In this document: one piece after another, positions 1-9,679 of the stretch
Numbering within the stretch: position 1 is the first letter of the stretch
Layout of the letters: every line of letters begins with the position of its first letter
From: Microbacterium phage Ixel
Reading direction: 5' to 3' (one strand)
DNA length: 32,000 bases
Sequence record: MT451983.1
Made by a program: the position numbers and the translations under genes
Notes under the pieces: model-generated
Told to the model about the DNA's origin: nothing
The model's input: only the letters and a program-made list of their open reading frames with translations
Database searches by the model: none

Positions 1-2
1 CC

Positions 3-53
3 CACATCACGGTCCTGGCTCGCTCCACGACCGCTGTTCCCATCGCGGCCTGA
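3..53 (+). CDS. C-terminal fragment of an upstream ORF (...HITVLARSTTAVPIAA*), possibly major tail protein
   Basis: Open frame from window start to TGA at 51-53, immediately upstream of the tail assembly chaperone; function from synteny only. Confidence 0.4.
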   Translation, partial: HITVLARSTTAVPIAA

Positions 54-102
54 CCGGGCCGCTTCAACCCAATCAACAACCCCAGTCCAAGGAGGACAGG
101 AA

Positions 103-675
103 ATGGCATTCTCAAGCTACGAGGAGCTGAAGGCAGCAGTCGCGAAGCGGCGTGCGGAGATCCTGACGCTCGAAGTCGATCTCGGCTCCGACTACTCACC
201 CGAGTACGAGGAGGCGAAGCAGGAACTCGCCAACGCCAAGGCCATGAAGGCGGTCACAGGCGGGGGCTTCCTGGGAGACCCGGTTGCAGCGCTCGAACAG
301 CGTGTGGCCGATCTCAAGCCCGAGGCGAACGCGGTCTGGATCCAGTACCGGAAGCTCGACCTCGGTGAGTGGGCCACTCTGCTGAAGCAGGCAGGCGGCA
401 ACATGATCGACCAGTACGAGAAGGTGCTCCCCAAGACCTTCGTCGGTGTCTACGGCCAGGATCCGGTCAAGCCGGAAGACTGGGACGAGACGCACCCCGA
501 CGAGGCCTGGGTCCAGCCCGAGCCGCTGAGCACCAACGGTGCGCTCCTGTCCACCAAGGGCAATGAAGGCATTCTGCCGGGAGGGGCACTGCATTCGGTC
601 GTGCAGAACTTCATGGCCTGGCAGAACTCGGGGGGCGATGTCACCATCCGCCCTACGAAATCGGGCCTCGTCTAG
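103..675 (+). CDS. Tail assembly chaperone (short product)
   Basis: 190 aa; RBS AAGGAGG upstream; located directly before a second ORF and the tape measure; -1 slippery heptamer near its 3' end. Confidence 0.75.
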   Translation: MAFSSYEELKAAVAKRRAEILTLEVDLGSDYSPEYEEAKQELANAKAMKAVTGGGFLGDPVAALEQRVADLKPEANAVWIQYRKLDLGEWATLLKQAGGNMIDQYEKVLPKTFVGVYGQDPVKPEDWDETHPDEAWVQPEPLSTNGALLSTKGNEGILPGGALHSVVQNFMAWQNSGGDVTIRPTKSGLV

Positions 676-1064
676 GACTCCTCCTAGACATGGCCCTGGT
701 GTCGGGTCGCTCCCCGGTTCGCCTCCTTGACGAGGAGCGGCCCGACACCTGGACAGAGCTAGACCTCGAAGTGGTCAGCCAATGGAAGGCTCTCAAGGAC
801 GCCAAGTGCCCGAGCTGCGGGCGACCGCTAGCTCAGCATCTGTACAACTCAAGACTCGGCAGGGAAGAGACGGTCGAAGACTACACGGCTTGGTCCATGG
901 AGTGCCCCGCTCAGCAGGCTATCGCCATCGGGCAGGACATGTGGAATCAGGCTCACAAGTCGGAGATCGAAGCTCACAACAAGGGCAGGGGTCCAGACCC
1001 CAAGCTCGGTACCTTCTGGTTCAGCCAGAGGGAGGGTGAAGCTCTACCCCAGCCGGAGAAGTAA
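103..1064 (+). CDS. Frameshifted tail assembly chaperone, join(103..636,636..1064), ~320 aa
   Basis: G GGG GGC heptamer at 630-636 in the correct phase; the -1 frame is open from 636 through the ORF at 690-1064 with no stop; Cys motif CPSCGRPLAQH in the extension. Confidence 0.7.
630..636 (+). promoter_or_regulatory. Programmed -1 ribosomal frameshift slippery site GGGGGGC
   Basis: X XXY YYZ pattern: codons TCG|GGG|GGC in frame 0; six G plus C. Confidence 0.7.
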
Positions 1065-1085
1065 CTATCATCTAAGGAGGGCAGC

Positions 1086-3524
1086 ATGGCCGACAACGAC
1101 GTGAAGATCAGGATCTCCGTCGATGGTGCCGACCAGGCCTCGAAGGGCCTCGCTGGCGTGGGAGAAGCGGCCAGCGATGCTGACTCCAAGAGCAGTAAGC
1201 TGGTCGGGGGCCTGAAGGGTGTCGGTACGGCACTCCTCGGGTTCTCGACTGCTGCTGTCGCAGCCGGTGGCGCTCTGGCAGGAGCTGTCACGGCATCCTA
1301 CGCCTCGGCAGAGCAGAGCGTCGGCGGCATCGAGACCCTCTTCAAGGGTTCTGCCGACCGGATGAAGACCTACGCTGCGGACGCCTACAAGACGGCAGGC
1401 CTCAGCGCGAACGAGTACATGGAGCAGGCGACATCGATGTCGGCCTCGCTCATCCAGTCGGTCGGCGGCGACACGGCCAAGGCCGCAGAGCTGGCCAACA
1501 CAGCTCTGATCGCCATGAGCGACAACGCGAACAAGATGGGCAGTGATCTGGGGAGTATCCAGCACGCCTTCTCGGGGTTCGCCAAGCAGAACTTCACGAT
1601 GCTCGACAACCTGAAGCTCGGGTACGGGGGTACTCAGGCGGAGATGGAACGCCTCCTCTCCGACGCTGAGAAGCTCCCTGGAGCACTCGGTCAGGACTTC
1701 GATATCTCCAACTACGGCGATGTCGTCACGGCGATCCAGCTCATCCAGGAGGAGATGGGCATCGCAGGTACGACTGCTCGGGAGGCCAGTAGCACCATCA
1801 GCGGCTCGGTCGGGATGCTGAAGGGCAGCTTCGACAACCTCCTCGTGGCGATGGGCTCGGCCAACAACGAGTCGCTGGCCTTCCTCGACGTACAGGAGCA
1901 GGCGGCGAACGTCGTCTCCAGCCTCGAGACGGTCATCGGTAACGTTACCCCGGTCATCGAGTCCATCGGCTCCAGCATGGCCACACTGGGACCCCAGCTC
2001 GGCGGCATGATGAGCACCCTCGTCGGCGCTATCAGTGCAGCCATCCCGGCCATCCTCGAAGCAGGTGTGGCCCTGGTCGGAGGCCTCATCAGCGGCATCT
2101 CGACGGCCCTCCCTCAGCTCATCACCGCTCTCGTGCCGGGTGTCATCGGCCTCGTGCAGACCATCGCTACCCTGGCTCCTCAGCTCATCGCAGCGGGTGC
2201 TGCGGCTATCGTGGCGCTGGCACAGGGTCTTGCTGCTGCGGCCCCCGTGCTCATCCCGGCTCTCACCGAGGGCTTGGTCGGTATGGTCTCGGCGGTCATC
2301 GAGGCAGCTCCTCTGCTCCTGGAGGCTGGTATCCAGCTGATCCAGGGCCTGTTCGAGGGCATCATGACAGCCCTCCCCCAGATCATCGCAGCGCTCCCCA
2401 CGCTCATCGAGGGCATCGTCGCGTTCATCGTGGCAGGCGTGCCTATGCTCCTCGAAGCTGGCATCCAGCTCTTCATGGGCATCGTGCAGGCGCTCCCCCA
2501 GGTCATCACTCAGATTGTGGCCGTGCTCCCTGGCATGATCACGAGCATCATCACCGCGCTCGTGAGCCTGATCCCCATGATCGTGCAGGCCGGAGTTCAG
2601 CTCCTCACAGCCCTCGTGCAGAACCTGCCTCTCATCATCCAGACGATCGTGGGAGCCATCCCGCAGATCATCACCTCGGTGCTGACGGCGGTGCTCGGGG
2701 CCATCCCGCAGATCATCCAGGGAGGCATCCAGCTCTTCATCGCGCTGATCGGTGCTCTGCCGCAGATCATCACCACCATCGTCTCTGCTATCCCCCAGAT
2801 CATCACTGGGGTCATCGGTGCAGTGGTCGGCGCTATCCCGCAGATCATCAGTGCCGGTGTGCAGCTTCTCATCGCGCTCGTCAAGAACATGCCTGCCATC
2901 CTCGGCGGCATCATCGGAGCTATCCCTCAGATCATCAGCGGCATCGTGGGTGCCATCGTAGGTGCCGTGCCCGAGCTGGCCCGAGCGGGCCTCCAGCTCA
3001 TCCAGGGCCTCTGGCGGGGTATCAGCGACGCTGCGGGCTGGTTGATGGGCAAGATCGGCGGCTTCGTGGACGACGTGGTCGGCAACATCAAGAGCTTCTT
3101 CGGCATCGCCTCCCCTTCCAAGCGACTGGAGTTCGAGGTCGGTGTGCAGCTCCCGGCAGGCCTCGGGCAGGGTGTCGAGCGCAACGAGGATGCAGCCATC
3201 AAGCCCATCCAGGACCTCAACGCCAAGATGATGGACGAGGCTCTCAAGCTGAACACCACGATGGCGTTCACGCACGACAGCACTCTGACGCAGTCCCTGG
3301 TCCCGATGCAGGTCACTCCTCAGCAGCCTGGCCCGATTCACGTCGAGGCCACACTGGACCCGGCCCTCATCGGCTCGGCCATCGGGGACGCGTTCGCAGC
3401 CAACGACCGAGGTCAGGACAACGCTGCGGTGAGCCTCGACCGAGCTTCTATCAACCTGCTGGCAACAGCAATCGTCGACTCCATCCGAGTCCAGTCTCGA
3501 CAGGGGGTGGTCAGCCTTGGCTGA
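1086..3524 (+). CDS. Tape measure protein
   Basis: 812 aa, longest late gene, Gly/Ala-rich N-terminus, long hydrophobic helical repeats, follows chaperone genes; RBS AAGGAGG. Confidence 0.92.
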   Translation: MADNDVKIRISVDGADQASKGLAGVGEAASDADSKSSKLVGGLKGVGTALLGFSTAAVAAGGALAGAVTASYASAEQSVGGIETLFKGSADRMKTYAADAYKTAGLSANEYMEQATSMSASLIQSVGGDTAKAAELANTALIAMSDNANKMGSDLGSIQHAFSGFAKQNFTMLDNLKLGYGGTQAEMERLLSDAEKLPGALGQDFDISNYGDVVTAIQLIQEEMGIAGTTAREASSTISGSVGMLKGSFDNLLVAMGSANNESLAFLDVQEQAANVVSSLETVIGNVTPVIESIGSSMATLGPQLGGMMSTLVGAISAAIPAILEAGVALVGGLISGISTALPQLITALVPGVIGLVQTIATLAPQLIAAGAAAIVALAQGLAAAAPVLIPALTEGLVGMVSAVIEAAPLLLEAGIQLIQGLFEGIMTALPQIIAALPTLIEGIVAFIVAGVPMLLEAGIQLFMGIVQALPQVITQIVAVLPGMITSIITALVSLIPMIVQAGVQLLTALVQNLPLIIQTIVGAIPQIITSVLTAVLGAIPQIIQGGIQLFIALIGALPQIITTIVSAIPQIITGVIGAVVGAIPQIISAGVQLLIALVKNMPAILGGIIGAIPQIISGIVGAIVGAVPELARAGLQLIQGLWRGISDAAGWLMGKIGGFVDDVVGNIKSFFGIASPSKRLEFEVGVQLPAGLGQGVERNEDAAIKPIQDLNAKMMDEALKLNTTMAFTHDSTLTQSLVPMQVTPQQPGPIHVEATLDPALIGSAIGDAFAANDRGQDNAAVSLDRASINLLATAIVDSIRVQSRQGVVSLG
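2325..2984 (+). repeat. Five tandem 132-bp/44-aa degenerate repeats in the tape measure (A/G-G-x-Q-L...P...I...IPQII)
   Basis: Repeat units start at 2325, 2457, 2589, 2721 and 2853; a partial sixth (AGLQLIQGL) starts at 2985. Confidence 0.85.
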
Positions 3525-5745
3525 ACGCAGTGTAGACACCGGGACCGCCGGTCGTCTGACAATCCAGCTCACTCAGATCGGTGTGGAGCCGTGGAACAAC
3601 CGGTCTCTCTGCCGTGCAACCCTCATCTGGTCGGAGCGTAGCCCCTCCACAGCGTGGAACGCGGGTAGCCCGCCCATCCCGGCCAGTACCACGACTCCGG
3701 GGTTCGCTCTCTGGTCGGGTGGCTTCGGGTTCGACTGGCGTCCTGCGGGCCTCCAGTCGCAGGTCCTGAACACGACCGACTTCTGGGTCTCGCACAACCC
3801 CGAGGGCTACGGCTCGATGATCGTTGCTGGCTCGATCGGCAACACCGGCTCCAGCTCGGGCGGCTCAGGAGCTTCGGTCGACGTCTTCCTGGACCTCGGC
3901 AAGCTCACCGTCGCTCCCGGCCAGCCGACCGGTCTCACGGCCACTCGTGTCAGCGACACTCAGGTGAAGCTGGACTGGACCAACAACGAGGCCAGCAACG
4001 GGGCTGCGACGCTCATCACCGTCCAGCGCCGCATCAACGGCGGAAGCTGGGTTCAGTTCACCAACTTCGGTCGCACCAACACGGTCACCGTCGACGCTCA
4101 GCCGAACCAGAAGGTTGAGTACCAGATCATCGCGGGCAACTCGGCCGGGAACTCTCCCTGGTCGGCGGTGTCCAACGCGATCTACACGACTCCTGCGGCC
4201 CCGAGCGGTGTGGCTGCGGCGAAGGACTCCAGCGGCAACATCGACATCACGTTCACGGAGAACGTCGCCTACTCGGAGCACACTCACGAGATCTGGCACG
4301 GTACGGTCTCTGGCGGTGTCACGACGTGGGATGGCGCGGCTCTCACGACCCTGGCCTCGGGAGTCACGAGCTACGAGCACGCTACCCCGAACCCCGCTCA
4401 GCAGCACCGGTACCGGGTACGGTCCAAGGCAGGAACGCTGACCTCGGCGTGGGTGGAGTCCAACACGGTCGTGCTCCTCACGGCACCGGCCAAGCCGACC
4501 ATCCCTCCGCTCGCAAGCTTCTTCAACCGAGCTGCGGCGTTCCGCCTGCCGTGGGTTCACAACTCCATCGACTCCTCGCCTCAGTCCAAGTACCAGTGGC
4601 GATGGAGCACCAACGGAGGGAGCACGTGGACCACTGGAGCTAAGACGGCCTCGACCAACCAGTACCACGACTTCGCAGCCAACACTTGGGCGGCGAACGC
4701 TACTGTCACCTTCCAGGTCCGCACCAAGGGTGCCTACGACTCGGGTTCGGATGGCGACGCGTCGTACTCGCCCTGGTCGGATAGCGCTACGGTCACGTTC
4801 AAGTCCCTGCCCACGGCCACCATCACGGCACCGGCCAACGGCAGCACCATCAACGACTCGACCATTCGTGTCGACGTGGGCTTCGCACAAGCAGAGGCAG
4901 CCACGTTCGTCAAGGCTCAGCTCGAACTCCTCCAGGGTGCGACCCTCCTGGAGACGGCAGAGTCCACGAACCAGATCGGTATCACGCTCACCACTCCGGC
5001 TCAGAACGGTGTCAGCTACACCGTCCGAGCACGAGTGCAGGACTCCAACGGTCTGTGGTCGGCCTGGGCGACGAGCACCTTCAGCGTCACCTACCTGGCC
5101 CCGGTGCCTGCCGTGGTCACTGCGAGCTACGTCGAGAGCACCGGCTACGGTCAGCTCGACCTCACCATCGCGGCTCCAGGAGTGGGCCAGGCTGCGGCAA
5201 CTACCGTCACCATCACTCGCACCATCAACGGGGTGACGGAAACGGTCGTGGAGAACTACCCGGTCTCGGCCGAACTCACCTTCCTCGACACCACGCCGAC
5301 CATCCACGGCACCAACGAGTACGTCATCACCACGAACAGCGCTCTCGGTGCCAAGTCGTCTGTCAGCGCCACGCTGGTCACCAACGAGTGCCGTCGAGCC
5401 TTCCTCAGTAAGGGGCCTGGCTTCGCCTCGGTGGGGGCCTTCGGTGGCAATCTGGAGGTCAACGAGTCACTGAGTGTGGCCAGCGCTACGGTCGAGGCTG
5501 CGGGTCGGACCAAGCCGATCGGCCTCTACGGCACCGAGACCAACGTTCAGCTGAAGGTCAAGTCCTTCGTCTTCCCGGGATTCGGATCCTCGATCGACGA
5601 GCTGCGAGCCATCCTGCTCCTGCCGGGTAAGGCCTGCTTCCGTGATGCCAGTGGTCGCCGAGTGTTCGGCACGGCCAAGGGTGGAGTCGCCTACAAGAAG
5701 TCGCAGCAGGGTGACCTGAGCTTCACGATCACGGAGACCAGCTGA
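3517..5745 (+). CDS. Minor tail protein with fibronectin type III-like domains
   Basis: 742 aa, TTG start overlapping the tape measure; FN3-like segments (PGQPTGLTATRVSDTQVKLDWTN..., APSGVAAAKDSSGNIDITFTE..., LPTATITAPANGSTINDSTIRVDVGF). Confidence 0.8.
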   Translation: MAERSVDTGTAGRLTIQLTQIGVEPWNNRSLCRATLIWSERSPSTAWNAGSPPIPASTTTPGFALWSGGFGFDWRPAGLQSQVLNTTDFWVSHNPEGYGSMIVAGSIGNTGSSSGGSGASVDVFLDLGKLTVAPGQPTGLTATRVSDTQVKLDWTNNEASNGAATLITVQRRINGGSWVQFTNFGRTNTVTVDAQPNQKVEYQIIAGNSAGNSPWSAVSNAIYTTPAAPSGVAAAKDSSGNIDITFTENVAYSEHTHEIWHGTVSGGVTTWDGAALTTLASGVTSYEHATPNPAQQHRYRVRSKAGTLTSAWVESNTVVLLTAPAKPTIPPLASFFNRAAAFRLPWVHNSIDSSPQSKYQWRWSTNGGSTWTTGAKTASTNQYHDFAANTWAANATVTFQVRTKGAYDSGSDGDASYSPWSDSATVTFKSLPTATITAPANGSTINDSTIRVDVGFAQAEAATFVKAQLELLQGATLLETAESTNQIGITLTTPAQNGVSYTVRARVQDSNGLWSAWATSTFSVTYLAPVPAVVTASYVESTGYGQLDLTIAAPGVGQAAATTVTITRTINGVTETVVENYPVSAELTFLDTTPTIHGTNEYVITTNSALGAKSSVSATLVTNECRRAFLSKGPGFASVGAFGGNLEVNESLSVASATVEAAGRTKPIGLYGTETNVQLKVKSFVFPGFGSSIDELRAILLLPGKACFRDASGRRVFGTAKGGVAYKKSQQGDLSFTITETS

Positions 5746-6914
5746 TGCCTACTCCTATCATCCCGATCAAGATCCTCAGTACGGCCGACGTGCTCTACGG
5801 AGACCGTGTCACCTCGTACCGATGGGAAGTGCTGGAGCACAGCAACGGCATCGATCAGCTCGTAGGCATCCTGGATGGCGTTACCGAGGGCAGGCTGACG
5901 TGGACTCAGAACGCGGCTGTCAAGGGTGGCGGCAAGGCCACCATCGCCGATCTCGACACCGCTGAGGCGGGCAAGCTGCGCATCGGAGACCTGTCGCTGG
6001 AGTCGGTGCGGCTGCGGCCCGTGTGCAGTGTGGCCGGTCTCCCGGAGACCCCTCTGGGGGTCTTCCTGGTCAGCTCGGCGGTGGAGGAGTGGGAAGACAC
6101 CGGTCGTGTCTGGAACATCAGCCTGCTCGACAAGAACACCGTGCCCGATCAGGACAAGGTGGATCAGTCGTATGCGGTGCCCGCTGGCGACCTCATCCTC
6201 CAGCGTGTCAAGACCATCCTGGCCTCGGCAGGGGAGTACATCGACGTTCCTGCGGGCAGCACCTTGGCCACATCGAACGGCATGGCGTGGGAGGCAGGCA
6301 CGAGCAAGCTCAAGATCATCAACGATCTGCTGGACGTGGCTGGCTACAACTCGCTCTGGATGGACGGATACGGCAGCTACATGGTGACCCCTCGGGTGCT
6401 CCCCGCCGACCGCTCCATCAACTACGAGGTGCTGGGTATCCCGCGTGAGTTGCGAGACGGAGAGAAGTCCATCTATCGCTCAGACTGGAACCGGGAGCGC
6501 GACAGCTTCGATGTCCCGAACAAGGTCATCGCGGTGCAGGCGGCTGACGGCAACGACACAGGAGCGCTGGTCGGCCAGTGGACCAACGAGGACCCCAGTA
6601 GCCCGTACAGCTACCCAAGTCGGGGCCGGTGGATCGTGCACACGCTCACCGACGTAGAGTGCCCCGCTGGCACCAACGCTGAGATCATCACGTTCCTGAA
6701 CAACCGAGCACGAGCTACCCTGGTCCAGATGAGTGCAGTCCAGGCTCAGGTCAAGATCGAACACCTGCCCATCCCAATGCGCGTGGGTGACGTGCTTCAG
6801 TTCCAGCACACCAAGGCAGGCGTGAACGCTCGTCACGTGGTGACCCGTATGGAGCTGGAGACAACTCCTCTCGGCCTGATGAAGTCCAACCTCCAGGAGG
6901 TGATCTCACTGTGA
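5745..6914 (+). CDS. Minor tail protein
   Basis: 389 aa, start overlaps upstream stop, synteny; contains siphovirus ReqiPepy6/Gp37-like character (WEVLEHSNGIDQLVGILDGV), recalled not searched. Confidence 0.65.
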   Translation: MPTPIIPIKILSTADVLYGDRVTSYRWEVLEHSNGIDQLVGILDGVTEGRLTWTQNAAVKGGGKATIADLDTAEAGKLRIGDLSLESVRLRPVCSVAGLPETPLGVFLVSSAVEEWEDTGRVWNISLLDKNTVPDQDKVDQSYAVPAGDLILQRVKTILASAGEYIDVPAGSTLATSNGMAWEAGTSKLKIINDLLDVAGYNSLWMDGYGSYMVTPRVLPADRSINYEVLGIPRELRDGEKSIYRSDWNRERDSFDVPNKVIAVQAADGNDTGALVGQWTNEDPSSPYSYPSRGRWIVHTLTDVECPAGTNAEIITFLNNRARATLVQMSAVQAQVKIEHLPIPMRVGDVLQFQHTKAGVNARHVVTRMELETTPLGLMKSNLQEVISL

Positions 6915-7588
6915 CTATCCAGACGCTGGGCGACATCACATCGTTCAAGTGGGGCACCATCACAGCTCTCAGCCCCCTGGCTGTCAAGCTGGATGGTGAC
7001 ACGGCTGCGCTCTCCCTCATCCCCGACACGCTCGTGGATCCGACCACGCTCTGGGTCGGTGCTCGGGTGCGAGTGGAGCTGTCCCTCCGGAGGGTGGTCA
7101 TCCATGGGGTGAACAACGGTGCAGAAGGCTTCCAGTCCGGAGACATTGTGGCCACCGCTCGTTCTGGCGCTGCTCGTCAGGGCTGGCTGATGTGCTGGGG
7201 TCAGTCACTATTGCGGGTGGACTACCCTTCGCTCTTCGCCGCTATCGGCACTACCTACGGGGCAGCAGACAGCACTCACTTCAACATTCCGAATGGAAAG
7301 GGCCGCGTCTTGGTCGGCCTGGACAGCGGTGTGACCGAGTTCAACGCCATCAACAAGTCGGGTGGTGCAACCACGCACACTCTCACCGAAGCTCAGATTC
7401 CATCTCACACTCACGGCCAGCGCGTCACCGCTGGCTCGGGTGGACCTGCCATCCGTCTTGACTGGTCGGGCGACGGCAACGGTCTCATCTACGACCAGGG
7501 CATCGCAACCGGAGCTGCTGGTGGCGGTGGGGCTCACAACAACCTCCAGCCGTACTTGACAGTCGGCGGCTGGATGATCAAAATCTAA
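6911..7588 (+). CDS. Minor tail/receptor-binding protein with phage collar-like domain
   Basis: 225 aa, GTG start; motifs FNIPNGKGRVLVGLD and SGGATTHTLTEAQIPSHTH typical of tail collar/short tail fibre domains. Confidence 0.7.
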   Translation: MTIQTLGDITSFKWGTITALSPLAVKLDGDTAALSLIPDTLVDPTTLWVGARVRVELSLRRVVIHGVNNGAEGFQSGDIVATARSGAARQGWLMCWGQSLLRVDYPSLFAAIGTTYGAADSTHFNIPNGKGRVLVGLDSGVTEFNAINKSGGATTHTLTEAQIPSHTHGQRVTAGSGGPAIRLDWSGDGNGLIYDQGIATGAAGGGGAHNNLQPYLTVGGWMIKI

Positions 7589-7597
7589 GGAGACAAC

Positions 7598-7912
7598 ATG
7601 ACTGACACGACAGCTCAGCACATCGCCGCTCGTAACGACAAGGACCTCAAAGAGCGCCTCGTCGCTGCTGCTGAGCAGGCACACATCGACAACCCCCAGC
7701 TCTTCGTCGATCAGAACATCGGCAAGCTCATCTCAACCCCGGTCGAGGGCGACAGCACCATCACGACGGTGCACGCCTACGCCGACCAGACCCGGAAAGC
7801 TGCGGTGGCTGCGCTCCCGCCTGCTCCCGGCCTCAATCCTGGTGCCGTGACCGACGTGCATCTGGCGGCAGCCATCGAGGCTGTCTGGAACCCCGAAGGA
7901 GGCAACGCATGA
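7598..7912 (+). CDS. Hypothetical tail-region protein
   Basis: 104 aa, RBS AAGGAGA, next start overlaps its stop. Confidence 0.7.
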   Translation: MTDTTAQHIAARNDKDLKERLVAAAEQAHIDNPQLFVDQNIGKLISTPVEGDSTITTVHAYADQTRKAAVAALPPAPGLNPGAVTDVHLAAAIEAVWNPEGGNA

Positions 7913-8157
7913 CCTATCCCACCATCAACCTTCCTCGTATCGAGGAGGTAGTGCCGGGAGCTTTCCCGAGCATGCCGACCGACGATGAAGACCGTGCCTG
8001 GAACGCCCACTGCACCGAGCTGGTGAAGGCGTTCGCCAAGGAGCACGGCATCGTCCGTACGCACTACCCCTTCGATCTGCCGGACGGGTCCTCGGACGAC
8101 ACCGTGACCCTCGACGACTCGGGTGAGATCATCATCCTGGATGCGGGTGTACAGTGA
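7909..8157 (+). CDS. Hypothetical protein
   Basis: 82 aa, ATGA-type overlaps with both neighbours. Confidence 0.65.
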   Translation: MTYPTINLPRIEEVVPGAFPSMPTDDEDRAWNAHCTELVKAFAKEHGIVRTHYPFDLPDGSSDDTVTLDDSGEIIILDAGVQ

Positions 8158-9110
8158 CCAACGTGTGGCCGAATGGAGGCACCGCAACTCCTCCTCGCCC
8201 TGGCCAGGCATCGAGTGGCTTCAGGGCCTCCTCCGAATACGACATGGCTCGCAAGAACCCTGTCACGGGGGTCGTCCAGCCCCACTACGGCATTGACCTG
8301 GTCGGGTTCGATGCCATCATCTCTCCTGTCAATGGCGTTGTCACCTTCGCGGGCTACAACGGCGGAGCAGGCAACGAGGTTCGCATCAAGGAGGACGGCA
8401 CTGGCGACACCATCCGCCTCCTGCACAACCGAGCGCTGAACGTCCGATCGGGACAGCGGGTAGCTCAGGGCAATACGGTCGCGTGGATGGGCTCAACCGG
8501 CCAGTCCACCGGGCCACACTGCCACGAGGAGACCCGGCCCGGAGGCGGCAACGCCATCAATCCCCGCGACTGGTATGCCAGGCGCAACGGAGGCTCACCG
8601 GCAGGCGGTGGGGGCACTCCGATCAATCCGCAGTACACACAGGAGGACAGCATGATCCGCATCCAGGCAACCAATCGAGGCATCGCCCTCATCGGTCCCG
8701 GCTACTACCGAGGCCTCAAGAACGATGAGGAGGTCCAGAACAGCGGGCCGCTCATCACCCCTCCCGGAGGTGTGCCCTGGCACTACACCGGCAACGACCG
8801 TCAGTTCGACCTCTGGGCCAGCATGGCGCTCAGCGGCCGGACCCCCGACACCGACCAGCTCAACGCGACTCGTGGTGACGCTCAGAACGCAGCCAACATC
8901 GCGTCGGAGGTCCGCAACTGGATCACCGACCCCGACCACGGCCTCGTCAAGCTCATCACCAACGTGGGGCAGGTGGACTCGGGCATGATCGCCAGGGCCA
9001 TCCAGGACGCTCTCAAGGACGTGGAGGTGGACGCCGAGGTGGACGATGCAACCATCGCCAAGATCGCCGAGGCAGCCATCGACAAGCTCATCGAGCGCGC
9101 CAAGGACTGA
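8154..9110 (+). CDS. M23-family peptidase, candidate endolysin or tail-associated lysin
   Basis: 318 aa, GTG start; PHYGIDLVGF, SPVNGVVTFAGYNG and GPHCHEE (HxH) match LytM/M23 motifs. Confidence 0.85.
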   Translation: MTNVWPNGGTATPPRPGQASSGFRASSEYDMARKNPVTGVVQPHYGIDLVGFDAIISPVNGVVTFAGYNGGAGNEVRIKEDGTGDTIRLLHNRALNVRSGQRVAQGNTVAWMGSTGQSTGPHCHEETRPGGGNAINPRDWYARRNGGSPAGGGGTPINPQYTQEDSMIRIQATNRGIALIGPGYYRGLKNDEEVQNSGPLITPPGGVPWHYTGNDRQFDLWASMALSGRTPDTDQLNATRGDAQNAANIASEVRNWITDPDHGLVKLITNVGQVDSGMIARAIQDALKDVEVDAEVDDATIAKIAEAAIDKLIERAKD

Positions 9111-9172
9111 CAGCCGTGCTGGGGGTCGGCTCGTAACCGGCCCCCAGCGCCTTCTCACCCCAGGAGAGAACC

Positions 9173-9679
9173 ATGACCAAGCCCATCAAGGTGATCAGCC
9201 GGTGGGAGCGTATCAAGCGCTCTACCGTGTGGCACCCCATCAACACTGACCCCGCCGACAACTACCGTCACGGGCCTCGCTTCTGGTACCCCTCATTCGA
9301 CTTCCTGATGGTGGGCCTGGGAGTCTACGCCTTCTTCATCGGCTCACCGCTGCTGAACAGCCTGTTCCCCTCGTGGTTCGTAGATGGCCTGGGAGTCGCC
9401 ATCACAGTAGCTGCGCTGTTCGCCTGCTTCGGAGCGGTGTTCCCCCGCTTCTACTACATCGAGCTGATCGGCAAGCTCGGGCTGGTGTTCCTCCTCGGAG
9501 GGTACGCGGGTACCGTGGCTGCGCTGTCTCGTGTCAGTGAGCCGAACGGCTTCGTGGTCATCACGCTGTTCAGCCTCGTGTGGCTCCTCGGCCCCCGGCT
9601 GTCGTGGCTCTTCCTCCGGCTGGGCAAGGCCCTGAATGAGCGCAAGGCCGCACGGCAGGCGACGAAAGCGGGTGCCTGA
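9173..9679 (+). CDS. Multi-span membrane protein, possible holin/lysis protein
   Basis: 168 aa, about four hydrophobic segments, adjacent to peptidase; RBS GGAGA. Confidence 0.6.
   Translation: MTKPIKVISRWERIKRSTVWHPINTDPADNYRHGPRFWYPSFDFLMVGLGVYAFFIGSPLLNSLFPSWFVDGLGVAITVAALFACFGAVFPRFYYIELIGKLGLVFLLGGYAGTVAALSRVSEPNGFVVITLFSLVWLLGPRLSWLFLRLGKALNERKAARQATKAGA

Noticed and set aside
45-62. GCGGCC/GGCCGC hairpin spanning the stop codon of the upstream gene
   Set aside because: Only a 6-bp stem without T-tract in a GC-rich region; too weak to call as terminator or attenuator.
2325-2984. Tape measure repeats as a CRISPR or mobile-element repeat array
   Set aside because: Repeats are in-frame, degenerate, contiguous and protein-coding with no spacers.
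1068-3572. 834-aa minus-strand ORF opposite the tape measure
   Set aside because: Low-complexity Asp/His/Arg/Leu translation typical of antisense frames in high-GC repeats; the sense frame is clearly the tape measure.
3865-5307. 480-aa minus ORF opposite the FN3 minor tail protein
   Set aside because: Arg/Gly/Asp-biased antisense frame; no support.
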